Assembly (NCBI GenBank): GCA_010909165.1
Contig: VJWM01000182.1
Coordinates: 394,030-458,029, forward strand
Origin: Anthoceros angustus
Taxonomy: Eukaryota; Plantae; Anthocerotophyta
Reading direction: 5' to 3'
DNA length: 64,000 bases
This document shows positions 26,140 through 43,329 of this stretch, one piece after another (the first letter of the stretch is position 1; every line of letters begins with the position of its first letter). The notes beneath the pieces are model-generated. The model was not told the DNA's origin. It worked only from the letters and a program-made list of their open reading frames with translations, and searched no databases. Both the position numbers and the translations under genes were made by a program.

Positions 26140-26480
26140 AGTATTTAAGAGGGAGCAATTAAGTCTGTATCTAAAGTCGCCTACAGCTCCTACAATGTCA
26201 TAACTAGGAAGGATGAAATTTATTCATTCATACGGAGGTTGTAGAGGAAACATCACTGGCTAGTATGGTTGTCCTCAATATTGCTCGTTAAGGGTTGTAG
26301 TAAGAGGGTTGCTCCTAAGGGTTGTAGTAAGAGAGAGCAACTAAGCTCCGCATCTAAAGTCGCCCATAGCTCTTTCAATGCGATATGTCATAACTAGGAA
26401 GGTTGAAAGGCCTACATTCTATGGATGTTGTAGAGGAAACATCCCCTGCCCACATGACTGTCCTCAAAATTGCTTCTGCA
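26140..26480. repeat. Tandem duplication of a ~185 bp unit
   Basis: gagcaa.taag...atctaaagtcgcc...gtcataactaggaagg...gttgtagaggaaacatc...gtcctcaa occurs twice. Confidence 0.75.
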
Positions 26481-26571
26481 AGTGCCTATCCGAGGGCCAA
26501 GAAGGGCTTTAGCAACGAGTGTTTAGTGTTTAGTGATCTTTGAAGGCGTAGCAAGAAGTAGATTTAACGGA

Positions 26572-26850
26572 ATGATAATGGATGGTGATGCTTGCTCGAT
26601 TACCTCTATACTATGTAGATTTCTAGATTTTAAGGTCATGATAATGGATGATGAAGCTTGATCGATTACCTCTGTGGTATGTAGATTTTAAGATTTTAAT
26701 TTTATGATAATGGATGGTGATGCTTGCTCAATTACCTCTAGAGATGTTATGTAGAACTTGTCATCTTGCTGGATATGAAGTCAAAGGTCCAATAATCGTA
26801 GTGGTATGTAGATTTTTTTATCTTGTTGAATATGAAGTCAGGGTACAATA
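26572..26850. repeat. 66 bp tandem repeat x3 plus a degenerate tail
   Basis: ATAATGGATG(G/A)TGA(T/A)GCTTG.TC.ATTACCTCT at ~26575, 26641 and 26707. Confidence 0.8.
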
Positions 26851-27029
26851 GACAACCTTAGCTCTACTAGATCTGGAACATAGCTCATAACATCATATGT
26901 GGTATTTCATCTCTCTAGTCAATCGACATACTCACACGTTTCCACATTATCTTTCTCTTCTAAATCATAAAATAACCCTTAAGAGTACAAGAGAATGATG
27001 GTTTGTACATTGAGCTTATCTTGATGGCT

Positions 27030-28190
27030 TCAGAACCTTACAGGCCCTAAAATAGAGATTGTAAAACAAGCGGCCCCGTAGGACTTCAAAACAGGCATGT
27101 CATTAAGGGTCCAAAGTGGGGTGGGAGGTACTCCATCCCAACAGTGATTTGACCGGAGGGTTTCTTAACTAAAAACTTTCAATCAACTCCTAACTATTGT
27201 GACCGGAGGGTTTCTTAACTAAAAACTTTCAATGAACTCCTAACTATTGTGTCACGCCTGAGAGCTTCAAAACCTTACAACAATAGCCCTTTTTTGCGGG
27301 CATGACAAAGAGATCATATATTAAGCGGCCTCGAAAGGCTTCATAACCACCAAGGGCCTTGAGTGGTAAGGAGTACTAGTGGGAGGTATCCCATCTCAAT
27401 AGTGATCTCACCAGAAGGGGAGGGTTGCTTAACCACGAAGTTTCAATGAACTCTTGGATATTGTGTCACTCCTAAAGAGAGGCCCTATCCAATAGTGATA
27501 TGACCAAAGGGTTGCCTAATCACGGAGTTTGAATGAACTCTTGGATATTGTGTCACTCCTGAAGGGAGGCCCTATCCAATAGTGATTTGACCGAAGGTTT
27601 GCTTAATCACGAACCTTGGAGACTTTATTGCAGAAAAAGAGATGGGAAAATCCCATCAACCCCGTGACAAGGGTGAAAAACCCACATAAGGGCACCAGGC
27701 CAAGGGGGACTAGCCCCCACTATCGCCGATCTTGAAACTACTTACCACTTCAAGAATGTCGTGGTCAGGGATAAGGAAGGGCCTACCTACCACAGGAGCT
27801 GAAAGATCCCGCCTCTCCGACACTTGTTGATGATCGGTACACTATGTTGGCCAACGCCCTTTGCAGAGCGATTGACAACCGTTGCAGAAAGAAAGCCACA
27901 ATATAAAAAAAGGGGAGGCCAACCCCGTTCCTGTGATCTGGTAGGCCCTGGCCTATGCCTTGATGAACCTTAAGAAATCTTTACCCATGGCCCCATGGGT
28001 CTCGATGGCAAGGGGAACGAAAGTGTGCCTAGCCTGCCAAGGAGAGTACTTAAGGACCTTCGCAATTGCACACCCCTCTGCTGCCCACCCCGGTTGCTTA
28101 ATCACGAAGTTTCAATGAACTCTTAGATATTATGTCATAATCACGGAGTTTCAATGAACACTTGGATGTTGTGTTAGTCCTGAAGGGAGA
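27030..28190 (-). repeat. Dispersed repeat, copy 2: tandem 60-80 bp subunits interrupted by a LINE fragment
   Basis: Repeated ccaatagtgatttgaccgga.gggtt(g/t)cttaa...tttcaatgaactc...ttgtgtca; homologous to 8385-8830. Confidence 0.75.
27614..28093 (-). mobile_element. 5'-truncated non-LTR retrotransposon with restriction-like endonuclease C-terminus (CRE-like) and 15 bp TSD
   Basis: AAEGCAIAKVLKY...HTFVPLAIETHGAMGK. Flanked by TTGCTTAATCACGAA at 27599-27613 and 28094-28108. 3' end AATAAAGTCTCCA without poly(A). Confidence 0.75.
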
Positions 28191-28196
28191 ACGAAA

Positions 28197-28410
28197 TTAC
28201 AAAGGGAGACCAAAGGGTGGAGAGCAAAGAAAAGGGGCCAAGTAATTTTGGATTAGACGAGCTAACTCACAAAGGGAGACCAAAGGGCGGAGAACAAAGA
28301 AAAGGGCCCAAATAACTTTGGAATAGACAAGCCAACTCACAAAGGGAGACCAAAGGGCGGAGAGCAAATAAAAAGGCCAGAGTAACTTTGGAATAGACAA
28401 GCCAAAGGGG
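28197..28410. repeat. 70 bp tandem repeat x3
   Basis: acaaagggagaccaaaggg(c/t)ggag..caaa.aaaa.ggcc.a.taa.tttgga.tagac repeated. Confidence 0.88.
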
Positions 28411-28869
28411 CATGAGTAATCTAGCCTTAGGTTGGATTCGCATGAGCCCAGGGGCCGTGCTCGGTATGTCGGCATGCATTCGTATAGACCGTGAAAGTAG
28501 GAACATAGGACCAGCTAGATTTGCCGGCTCCCTTGAAACTTAAGTTATAAAAATGGATCGATAGCTAAGGTTTGAGGGTGCACTTGAGTTGTTCCTTGTT
28601 GCGTTTGAATAGATCCTGCATTCGATTGCTTGCTTTGTCCAAGTGCTTGAAGAATTGTTGGTACGTTTTAAATTTGATTGTCTTGTTGTGAAATGGATGA
28701 CCTTGAGGGATATTTTGAAATATGTGTGCCTCTCCTCATGGATGTTATTGTGGCAGTCTCGAAGTTTTCTCATGTTCCTTACCAACATTACAATGTCTTG
28801 CACAAAGATCGGTATGTGAAGAAGATCTCGGCGGTACATTGCTTTATGCTGTCTTGCAGGAAATCAATG

Positions 28870-30660
28870 ATGTTTTAGCATTCGTTGCTTCCTTGTCTCG
28901 CATTCCCCCTGACTTAATTAATGGTACTCAATATGAAGCTTATTATTTCAAGTCCATGGGCTTGATTTCTACCTTCTTTATCGCCATCCAATTGCTATCG
29001 AAGACCCACAAAGATTTTCCAAGTTATAAGATTCAGCCCACAATTATTTGAGTACATTTGTTGCTTGGTGAGTCCGTCTTTAAAACCCACAATTGTGCCT
29101 AGCTTGGGGTCCATAGGGGGTAGGGTAATACCCGTTGACAAGCAGATGATGATTGCTCTTCGACGGCTAACTACAGGGGATTCCTATCTTCGCGTAAGAG
29201 AAAGTTTCTCTGAACTTGGCTGGACTACAACTTTCAACGTGTGGAGACGTTGTGTTACACCTATATTGGACCATAGATAATCTTATTTACAATGGCCTAT
29301 TCAAGAGGCTCTCGCTATTGCGAAGGAAGGCTTCTGATTGAAACAAGAAATACCCTACTGTTATGGAGCAATAAATGCTACGCATTTTGAATATGGATGG
29401 TGGTAGAAAGAGCCATTGGGCAATTGAAATGTGTGTGGCATATTTCAGGTAGAAAGGGATGGAGGTTAAAATCGAAGTACTTTGCGGAAATCTAGTACAT
29501 TTCCTACATTCTTCATAGCATCGGAATAGCCAGCAGTGAGCTTACAAATCGAAGACTCTACGAAGGCTATCCACTTCCACGTGCAAAAGAACATAGAGCA
29601 ACTACGTTGCCTAAAGATAATGCATCAAATTCACATAGCCTCCGTGAAACTTCTTATGGAATGAGACATCGCACAATCGAGTAAAAACTGAAAACCTTTC
29701 ACCAATAACCAGCTCTAGTAATGGATGTAGCTTTTTTCATTTCCTTTATGACTCATATTTTTGTTTAGCAGCTTCTAAGATGGACTCACCTAAAAACTTA
29801 ATGTTATCTCAAGGCCTTTTAGAACACTGATGTATCTAATTCCCAACTCCATACTTGCAGAAAACTTTTTGCTCTCCAATGCTAATGATTCGCTATGATT
29901 CAATCTATTGAGTTCCATCACTTTAAAGTGCATTCTGTCCTTCGAATGCTCTCTGACTTCTAATGTCTTCATGAACATCTCATGATCGGATTTCAGTCTT
30001 CATGAACATTTTCAACAGTGGCATCAAGCCAGTGACAAACTTGGAAGCACACTTCCTGTTTTTGTTGCAATTTTGTTTTGCTGGAGACTCTGCAGTCATG
30101 CATATAGAATCAGAGTACCTAAGTTTTCGGGATTTCTCCTTGACTGGAGACTCTATAGTCCCCTCGATGTGTGAATCTGCATTGTTGCCATACTCTTCCC
30201 CGAATAGCACAAAATCTTCATCTAGTGACACAGAGTTGCGAGAAGTTGTGCCCGAGCTTTCCACACTATCAAAGACATGCCTCTCACTTCCGCATGTACC
30301 TTTTGAGTTTGTGGTGCTTCCTCGTGCTTTCACTGCAGACAGGCTATCGAAAATCCATGATACTGAGTGGCAAAGAGATTGGGATCATTACCACATGATT
30401 CATGTCCTCAATGATTTGGCACTGTGGGGCACCGCAATGAATTGAGAGACAACAGGGCCAGGGTCCTCTTTTGATTTCAAGAGGCTTCGCTTCTTTTTAG
30501 GGAGCTTTAACCATCGCTCATAGGAAATAAAAATCAAGTGGGTTTGTTCTATATTCCAAGAATTCGTGAGAAATAAAAATCAAGTGGGTTCATTCTATAT
30601 TCCAAGAATTCGTGTTCCCTGTGGCCACATATATCATGATCTTCTTGTACGTGTCCTATG
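28870..30660. mobile_element. PIF/Harbinger relic: decayed DDE nuclease (+, ~29060-29520) and probable convergent partner ORF (-, ~29790-30660)
   Basis: VDKQMMIALRRLTTGDSY...YLQWP...CYGAINATHF matches HARBI1-type motifs, with stops. The partner ORF is inferred from position only. No TIRs found. Confidence 0.68.
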
Positions 30661-30820
30661 GGATTACTCAGCGGTTGAGTCCTATGGGATTACTCAGCGG
30701 TTGAGTTGTTAGTGCCCTTTGGGGTTACTCTACGATTGAGTTGTTAGTGCCCTATGGGATTACGCCAAATATTAGTGCCCTATGGGATTACGCCAAATAT
30801 TAGTGCTCTTCCGGTTACTC
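30655..30820. repeat. Cluster of 26-28 bp tandem duplications (CCTATGGGATTAC core)
   Basis: Core repeated 4-5 times with two alternative tails. Confidence 0.75.
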
Positions 30821-31062
30821 TATATCTAGCACGGGACTTTTATATATACTTTGAAATATTTACATGAAGTCTCGGCAAAGGCTGCAAGCTGGCTTTTTGC
30901 GATTTTTATTGCTGTGTAGGGCCAGGGTTCCTTCTGCCTTCTTCTTCATATGGCGAACTGAAACTTACGAGGTACCTTTAGACTAGGTAGTCAAAAAGTA
31001 CCGAGTAGTTGTAACTTTTGGACCGTGGTTGCGCTCCACCTGCTCCTTTTAAAGTTGTAGGA

Positions 31063-31071
31063 TTAGGGTTT
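31063..31071. promoter_or_regulatory. Telo-box upstream of the DEAD-box helicase
   Basis: TTAGGGTTT (AAACCCTAA) ~195 bp before the ATG. This motif is typical of plant translation/ribosome-biogenesis gene promoters. Confidence 0.45.
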
Positions 31072-31264
31072 CAGTGCCCCGTCTCTGCTTTCTGCGGGCG
31101 GGCTGGTGGTCGAGCTCCCAGCGCCCCGCAACGGAGTGTGATACCAAAAGTTGTGACCGAGCGCAGAAAGCCCGTCGATTTCTAATCGGAAAGTGGGTGC
31201 TGTGCGGCTGACGTTCTCTGCCATTGTCACCGACTGCGCTGTTTGCACACCGTGTGCATCCAAG

Positions 31265-35082
<3,818 letters not shown>

Positions 35083-36107
35083 AAGCAGGTCACGTGTTCA
35101 GCTGAACGCATGGGCGGGGCTCTTTTCCCTCCCTCCCCCCATGGCCGTGAGCAGCTGGAGCAGTTCATGCCTCCGCAGACGGAACTCGATCTCTCCAGTG
35201 TGCTGGCAAGTACGGCTCTTTCTCTTCACATCCTTTGTCCGGCAGCGGTGGATTAATACTCTACTGAGGTGCTATTTAGGGGGATGACAACCAACGTTTT
35301 CTACCTTTGTCACTGCTGGCTGTGGCAGTCTGCTGTATTTTTTGTTCCTGACGAGGTATCAGATTGGAGTGGGAGAATGTCTCTGATCTGATTTTGTCTA
35401 TTGACAAGACTGACTGAACCTTACACATGGGGGTTGATATGAAAGTTTTGTCTTCCCCCTTGTTTCCTAGGTTTCAAGGGACCCCCCTTCTTATTCATGA
35501 ACTTGTATAAGTCGTGCATAGGCACGCCCAGTTATGGATCAGCTATTTCAACGGATCATCTCTGTCTCGTGCATGGCACCTAATTAATTACTTACGACCT
35601 GTGTGGAGCTTAGTTTTGTTGACGAGTCTTCCAACCGCGCTTCCCTTCCACAGAAAGCTGTTCCAGTCTGGAATAGCGAAGGGTGAGACGGGGCACTACC
35701 AGTCTGCTTCTAACCGCGGGACCGGTTGCGCTTCCGACTGTAGTTGTGGTGTGGCCAGGAACAGGGGCTGGGATGATGCCATGGCTCGATCCGCACGACG
35801 GCTCGGAGACACGGGAAACGCTGAAATTGAGAAAATGCAGTGCCTAACGGCCCGCTGTTTGTACCAGTCTGCTCGCTGACGAGCCTGCGCAGTGTGCACT
35901 TTCTCTGCGTGTATCTGACCCTCGCTTTCCACGCATCAAAATATCTCATCTGCACTGCACTTGCTTTTCGTGAGGTGTTTCGGTCGCAGTCTAATCCTTC
36001 AACCCCATAATGACCGACCCTCTTAATTTGAGGTATGTTTTTGGGCTCTCACTAAAAATACATGGCCCTAGTAAATCAAATATGGCGGGAGCCTTCTTCC
36101 GCTTACT

Positions 36108-36302
36108 GTTCTGCACCTATTGATGTAGAAAGCAAAAAAAATAGCGAACTACTACATGTTCCGTACCTATTCATTTAGAAAGTAAAAAACAATGGACTAC
36201 TACATGTTCCGCACCTATTGATCTAGAAAGCGAAAAACAATGGACTATTACATTTTCCGCACCTATTGATCTAGAAAGCGAAAAACAACGGACAATTACA
36301 AC
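36108..36302. repeat. ~48 bp tandem repeat x4
   Basis: actactacatgttccgcacctattgatctagaaagcgaaaaacaatgg repeated with substitutions. Confidence 0.85.
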
Positions 36303-37550
36303 CGCAAGAATCAGGATCTTGGGAACATCTGCAGGCAACTTCGGGGGCCTCGCCATTTCTCTCGCGCGGCGAGAGCACGGCATACACTTCCCCCCTCTCT
36401 ATACAATGTTTCTGCCTGCCGATGTGGCAGCTCCACCTCTCGTGGCATAGTGTGCCGCAGTGGAGCGGGCAGGCGAGTAGGAGAGTGCCGTGTGGGTAGA
36501 CGGCGGATGCATTTTGGGGTCTACGAAGGTTTGGCGGGGGCGGTGTAGTGATAGGCTATGGACTGGTACAAAATGTTTACTTTCAACTAACACAATTTTG
36601 TGAGGGCTTTACCGATCACAACGCTTCAACTTATCCACGTTGAGTTTTTCATGCTCCGCTGGTTGCGATGACTAGAATGGCATGTCGATGCAACTATGCA
36701 GAATTCGCTTTGTCAGAGGCCACAATCTCCGAAAGCCGTAGAATCGTGGCTCCCGTTGCGAGATGCTGGCAATGCGCATAGCATTGGAAAGCCCGTTGTT
36801 GCATGAGGCAGGCCTGTTTTTTTCAAATTTATTGAGCACGAGGTGTGAACATGAACAATGAAAGAGAAAGCTAGTGAGTCATTCTGGGGTTCAAAACGAC
36901 GAACGTTTTTGGGCTATTTTCAAATAAGAATGTTATAAAACTTATATTAAATTTAAATAAATATGTGCAAAGTTCCCCAGCTCGTGATCGAAACGCTTGC
37001 TCGTTTCTTACCCTCGGAGCATCTCAAGAGGTTCCGTCGTTTAGTTGAGGGGTTAAGTCTCAGCGAGCCCAGCCACAATGAATCGTAAACAACGAGGTGC
37101 GTCTCGCGCAATCATTACAATTTCTTTGTTTCTCAAATAATAAGGAACGTACAACTTCGATTATTACCTATATGGCACGACGTCCACTCCAAAGCTGGAA
37201 CATTCAACATGAGCTATGAATTCCTGCCGCTTGGAGGCCCTTAAAGAATCACCACGATGCTCAAGAATCACCAGGTCCTACAATCGTGTTCTTATGACTC
37301 GTTATGAATGGGTAACTGCAACCAAGCCGTACTTCATTGCAAGACAACCTGATAGTCTTAAAACCTGATAGTTTTAAAGTCATCCAGCAGTAGTGATACG
37401 CGACGAAGTTGAAATCTGCTCATAGCTTCACGGTGCCGCTGCTATACAAGTGAATCACGCACTGCAAGGTTGAGGCTCCCTTTTGAACCACTGAATGTGC
37501 ATCTGGCTTAGTTCGACCGACATAAATGGCATTTCAAGACCACCTGAGAA

Positions 37551-40500
37551 TCATGCAGCTGGAGGAAGTCGTTCATAAGCCTCCAAGGCCTGTGAGGCAA
37601 AGAATCTCACATCCACGTCCCTATCTTCCACAAGCTCCAGCAAACAAGGCTTGAATGTTTGCTCCACAACCTACAAAAACACATACCACTGTCCCGCTTC
37701 AGCAAAAAATGGCATCCTTTTGAGATCAGCAAACACAATTAAAATCCGCAATCGGCCCACCCAAGAGGAACTTCAGATTTCAAGATAAAGTTCATTGTAA
37801 CCCTCATACCGATCGGTCCGTGCTCGACATTAGTGACTCTAGGATTTTCGCTACATTAAATCTGATGTTAGGAACCCTGTGATGCATGCAGCAATCAGGT
37901 GCACAAAATCAGTTAGAAATCAGGAATCCGAGTCCTTGAGAGCACAAGGACAAGAAGCTAGAGCAACACGTACCTGTCTTTGGCTGCATTGATTACTACT
38001 GGCAGCATGGTTTGAGAGAAAATCTCGGACCCCATGACAGGGGCAAGCAGAGATATTGCATATAGCACAGTCATCCGGAAAAGGTAATGGGGATTCTGCA
38101 TCATCTCCAACACCTGCAAGTTTCCAATATTACAATGCATTCACCCACAGTGCAATGATGAAGACCTTCAAATTTTGAACCGAATGAGCAGGCACTAACC
38201 TGTGGAATCATGTTCTGCAAAGCCCAGTCACGACCAAATTCTTCAGCCAGACACTTCAAGTTATTAGCAGCAGCTTCTCGTATTGAGTATACCTGCCTTG
38301 CAACATCAGGCAAGCTTGTCAAGCTTAAATCTTGACAGCAGGTGTGCCACATTTATCATGCTCACAATGAAGGTGTGGAAGTCAGACCTGGTCGCCAAGC
38401 CAATGCATGCAAAGCACACCAAGCTTGTTGTTGAAAAACTCCTCCCCCAACTGGCTGGCTAACAGTGGTATGTACGCGATTATTGCAAGCCGAACACGCC
38501 AATGCTTGTCTTCTGCGAGCTCGACTATTGCAGGAAGAAGAGACTGTGAAAGAAGATCGATACCTATGACCTACAGGGTCATCTTTGGAGTCAGCCATGT
38601 GCAAGCAAATGATATAACCAAGCTCTTACTTTTGAGGAGAAATTGAATAAGAGCCATGCGGAAGGATAACTCAAGTGAATAACCTGATTAACTTGATCAA
38701 GCTTGCTTATAATATTAAGCCTCACATCCGGGAACTCATCTTTCAACAATGCAAGGAATATGGGCAGGAGCTGGTCAATGGTTGCCTCCTAACCAATGAA
38801 CGAAGATCACATCAGCACTCAGGTCAGGCAAGAGTTCTCACAGGACAGTCCTCACAGTATGCACACACTGACTTGACCCGAGCACACCTTTCTGTATGCT
38901 GACATGGAACAGATTAGCTATGCAATACATCTGCGAAGATCAAAGCTCTCACCTTTCCTAAAACTGGAGCTAGGCCCATGATGACAGATGCCAGAGCAGC
39001 TCGCACATGCTGAGAGGCATCTAAAGACAAATCCTGTTCATGCACAGAAAGGCCATCAACCGAAGTGCAGTACACTGAAGGTTTTCCCTCAAATCAATCT
39101 CAGAAGCACAGTGTGGGTATCTCCAATTCCCACTGACCTTTACACACGGAAGAATTTGCTGTATTGCTTGCTGTGGGCTGATGATTTTACAAAACTTCGT
39201 CACCTTCCCAGCAGCTGCAATCCGAACCTCGGCCTCAATGTCCCGCAGCAGTCGAACATAGGCTGGGACCAGTTCCGTGCTTTTTACAAGAGCCAGATGC
39301 AATGAGTCAAGCTTCTCCAAAATTATCATAAGCAGAACCTAACAGTGCAAGTCAAAACACAACAGTGGACTAGTGGTACCCACTTTCTGGTCAGGTTCTA
39401 CCTGGTCAACTGCGGGCCAATTGCTTCACACAATTCGTACAACTGATTAGCTACCATGTACCGCACACGCCACGATTTATTCTAAGTACAGGAAGACACA
39501 TTAAAGCACCTCATCAGCTAAAATCCGCTCAATGGCAACCAGTATATGACTAGCGAACATGACACAACCTTATACACAGACCTGTGCAAAGCCTAGTACA
39601 ACAGGGAGGATATGGACAACACAATCCTGGGGCTCAAGTAATTTGCCCAGAGCTGCACACCCTTCCACCGCCAGGAGCCTGACAGAGTCTTGTTCTGCAC
39701 GCACACAAGTGTGCTGTCAAATACTCAAATCACAGTGAACACCACTGGCAGGCCTCACGTGAGACAGCAGAACCTCATGTTACCACAACATGCTCACCAT
39801 CTACAGTCAGGTCTTTGAAGAAAGTCATTACATCTGACTTTAGATGCACAGGCTCCACAGTTGCAGCAAATTTGCCTAGATTAGTGGCTGCTGCTCTCCT
39901 AACCATAGGAGTATCATCATGGCAGAGCTGATTATAGACAGATCGTAATTCTGCACGGATCAGATCTGGCGCATTTGGATAAGCAATGTGGAATAGCCCA
40001 CTAGCAGAAACCCGCGATGTGAACCATTCCCCAGCACCCAGTCTCTGCACAAAATAAAAGGGGTGCGTTCAGCAAGAGGTAACCCTTTCAGGCACCTGAA
40101 TCAGAATTCCCAAAACAAAACGGGTAAAAATTTCCCAGCTCTGACGTGCGCTTCGCTAACAATTGAGACAAGCAGGTTCCACATGACCACATACTACAGG
40201 TCTCCCACTTGCAAGCAGAGCATAGCAGAGGTAGCAGAGATTAAGATTGACGAGTATGCAGTGCAGATCGCTGGTTTGCAAACCTTGAATATTTAGCTGG
40301 CAGCCAACATGAAAAACGGGAATGGGCGAGCTAGCTACCTTTACAAGAGGTATGAACCAGTCTGCCACATCGCGCTCCTTCATAGCTGAACCAATCTTGC
40401 AGAGGGACTCAACTGCCTTATCTCTGACAATTGTCTCTTCCACATTGCAAAGAGTTTCTAAAGGTGGCAACAGCACATGTGCATGATCCACTCCTCCGAC

Positions 40501-40731
40501 ATAAGGAATGAAAGAACCCAACTCATCTGCCATGGCAAGCAGCACCTCGTCATCATCATCATTGTTCTCGCTCAGAAAGGGAATAAGCTCCTTGCGTGTT
40601 CTCTCCTCTCCGAGTGCACGAGCAATAATATTCAGGCGGTGGATTGAATTCAGCCGTAGCTGAATGTCCTCATTTTTCAACTCGTCGATCAGAATAGCGA
40701 TAGGATACAGTGGTTCATCCACAGTGGCCAT
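37551..40731 (-). CDS. PP2AA: Protein phosphatase 2A 65 kDa scaffold subunit A (HEAT repeats), multi-exon
   Basis: [92 protein letters not shown]; stop at 37551-37553. Confidence 0.96.
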
Positions 40732-42459
40732 TCCTTGCACGATGGTAGGCTCTGAACAAAGGCAAAACCCAGTATAAGGCAGACTTCAAACGAACAGAGT
40801 AGGCTAAATATAACCCCAAAACATCCACCGGGTCATCTCTGCAGCTGGAGAAAATATCAACAAGAACTTGACGACTGCTTAAAAATCAGTAATATAGTCA
40901 GAATCGTTGGCTGTTCCTCATGTGCATGTTGACATAAACGTAACCCGTAGATTGCATGCCAATCAGTGACCAGCCGGGTGAGACATAGCGTGATCTGGAA
41001 CAATGGAAACATTAAACATCACCATCCGCACATCAGTGGGCCCGTTCATTCTCTGATAATCCGCTACAATTTCGGTCCAGAGAAACAGCAGGATAAGCCA
41101 CCAGCTGCAGCTTAAGGTTCCCACGTCTCACGTGCCCTACTTGTTCAGTCAGACGATGACAATCGTCTCCTTTCGGCAGGCTACAGATCCGCGCTCATCA
41201 CTAGACCTAACTCACGAACTGAGCCTCCATATGGACTCGATCCTGAGCAGAACAAATTGCAGCAACTGAAGAGGCTCATTATCTACCAGGGGTCACTGGA
41301 GTCCGTCCTTGTCACAAAACAGAGACGAACACAAGCTTAGCAGACAGGGACATCACAGGCTCCACTGTGGAGAAGCCTGGAGCATACAGGAAAGATCATG
41401 TTGATGAAGTCACCTGGCTCTGAAATCGTCAAAGACTCCATTTCAGGAGCATCCTTCACCAAATTTGCCACGTCATGATATACTTCAAGGCGTTCGTTTG
41501 ATATTCAGAACCGCGTAGCTCCCAAGACAGTAGAGGCCTGTGCTCCGCAAGAGCTGCGAGGGACTCCTGGACAGGGCGGCGGGGTAAGCCAGCACAAAGC
41601 TCTGAGCATCAGCAAGTAGCAATGCAAGAGCAGCAGCAGAAGGCACGAACAAGCTGTAGAGTATGCAAATGCAACCCACTGAGCAGCAACTAACCTACCC
41701 AATAATAGGGGTCTTAGCTACCAGAGGGAGTCGACGTCCACAAAGAGCACCTAATCTGTAAATTATTCTAATGCATCCAACTTACCCTCTCTAATCCGTT
41801 TTGTGTAAACCATTTAACGTAATTTTCAAGCCTTATCCACATGTTTACTCTTTAATTATGAATGGGTAATAAAATTTTATGACTTTATTTTTTTATTATC
41901 TAGGATACTACTTTCCACACTAACATTAAATCAAGGCGTGATACGATCACCCACAAGCTCACCCACATGACCAATCGTATCCCACCCACATCGTATCTAG
42001 ACATAGCACACCATGATTTCGTACGTTTAGGGTTTCAAAAGATTGGACCACTATCTACTATTTTTAAGTACTTCTTTAATCCTTATTTTAATATTAAAAA
42101 CTAGCATATAATGGCCCAATCTTTCGACAGAGAAATAGCCTCATTTTTTTCCTCTTTCATCACTTTTTGTTGTCGTTATGTCAAGTTTAGGATTCTCCTC
42201 TTTAAGTGCCTGGATTGCCGATTGTCGAGGTGGAGGAAGATTCTCTTCCACGTCTAGTGCTACATCGTCTTCCTTTTTTTCCGAAGTGTCAGTCTTCCGA
42301 TCCCTTCCTCCTCCTCGTCCCACTTGTCTTTGAGCTCCTCCTCCTTGAGTCCACCTCCCCGAGATAGTCGTCCCCCTCCTCCCTGGGACAATCGTCTCCT
42401 TCCTCCCCCTCCAACATCTCCCAACACTTTGGAGAGGTAGTTGTAATTGTTATGGAACT

Positions 42460-42794
42460 CCATCATCTTCACCCGCAACCTTTTCAATCTAAGTCTTCAA
42501 TCCCAACTTACAATAGTCATCTATGGCCATAGATGGGCATGAACTTCGCATTCCATGTGGAATTTTTTTCCATCGTCTCGCCTAACATGAGCTCCACCTC
42601 TAGCTAGCTCTCTCCCTACGTCGAGCTCAACATCGGCCGCCATCTCCATAACCTCACCCACCCTTTCAGACATAGTTCGGAGGTGTTCCTTGATAGGGTT
42701 TAGATGAGGAAAGGCGGCCATCTATGGCCATAGATGACTATTGTAAGATGGGATTGAAGACTTAGATTGAAAAGGTTGCGGGTGAAGATGATGG
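42460..42794. repeat. 76 bp inverted repeat with 183 bp spacer
   Basis: 42460-42535 is the reverse complement of 42719-42794 with one mismatch. Confidence 0.9.
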
Positions 42795-42859
42795 CTCTTA
42801 CTCTGGCCCTTGGTGGCCTTCCTTTGATCTCTAGTCCTTCGGAGCTGCTTGGTACATGA

Positions 42860-43010
42860 TCTCTGCTGCCTCGCCCTCAAAAAGGGTTGCTATTGTAAGG
42901 ATTCGAAGCCCTTTAGGGCCGCTTGATATATAATCTCAGATGGAAGGCACTTCGGGGTCCTCTAAATTACATGGAATAGAAATACACCATCAAATTCAAA
43001 AAAAAATTAC
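42860..43010 (+). repeat. Dispersed repeat, copy 3 (fragment)
   Basis: aaaaagggttgctattgtaaggattcgaagcc...taaattacatgg aligns with 8740-8830. Confidence 0.6.
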
Positions 43011-43329
43011 CCTATCAATGTACCACGTCAAGTGAAGCCACGTCACCTATTTCACCCAGGAAATAGGTGACGGAGCACCTGCAGCGGGAGCGTGCTTCAC
43101 GTTTCTCAGTCCTCAATCATTTCCTTTCAAATCTGAAACCCGTTTCAGGGTTACTTCTGATACAATTTAATTTGGTTGAATATTCCCTGTTTATCGCAAC
43201 TAAGAGGGAGTAATGGAATTGTAAATAGTCCTATTAGTTAGGTTAAATATAGATTCGTAGTTTAATGAACAGTTACAACCAACAAACATACTATGCTTTT
43301 ATGCTTGAATTTCTGCTGTCGGCATCTAG

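Noticed and set aside
27100-27620. Repeat array resembling repeat-spacer architecture
   Set aside because: The intervening sequences are themselves homologous degenerate tandem units.
35196-35207. CCAGTGTGCTGG resembling a cloning-vector polylinker
   Set aside because: Only 12 nt, and the flanks do not continue the vector sequence.
41143-41202. Minus-strand GTGATGA...CTGA C/D-box pair upstream of the PP2AA CDS
   Set aside because: Short, no terminal stem and no recognisable rRNA antisense element.
43040-43072. 12 bp hairpin CGTCACCTATTT/AAATAGGTGACG next to CCACGTCA motifs
   Set aside because: A real inverted repeat, but with no context assigning it as a terminator or TE end.
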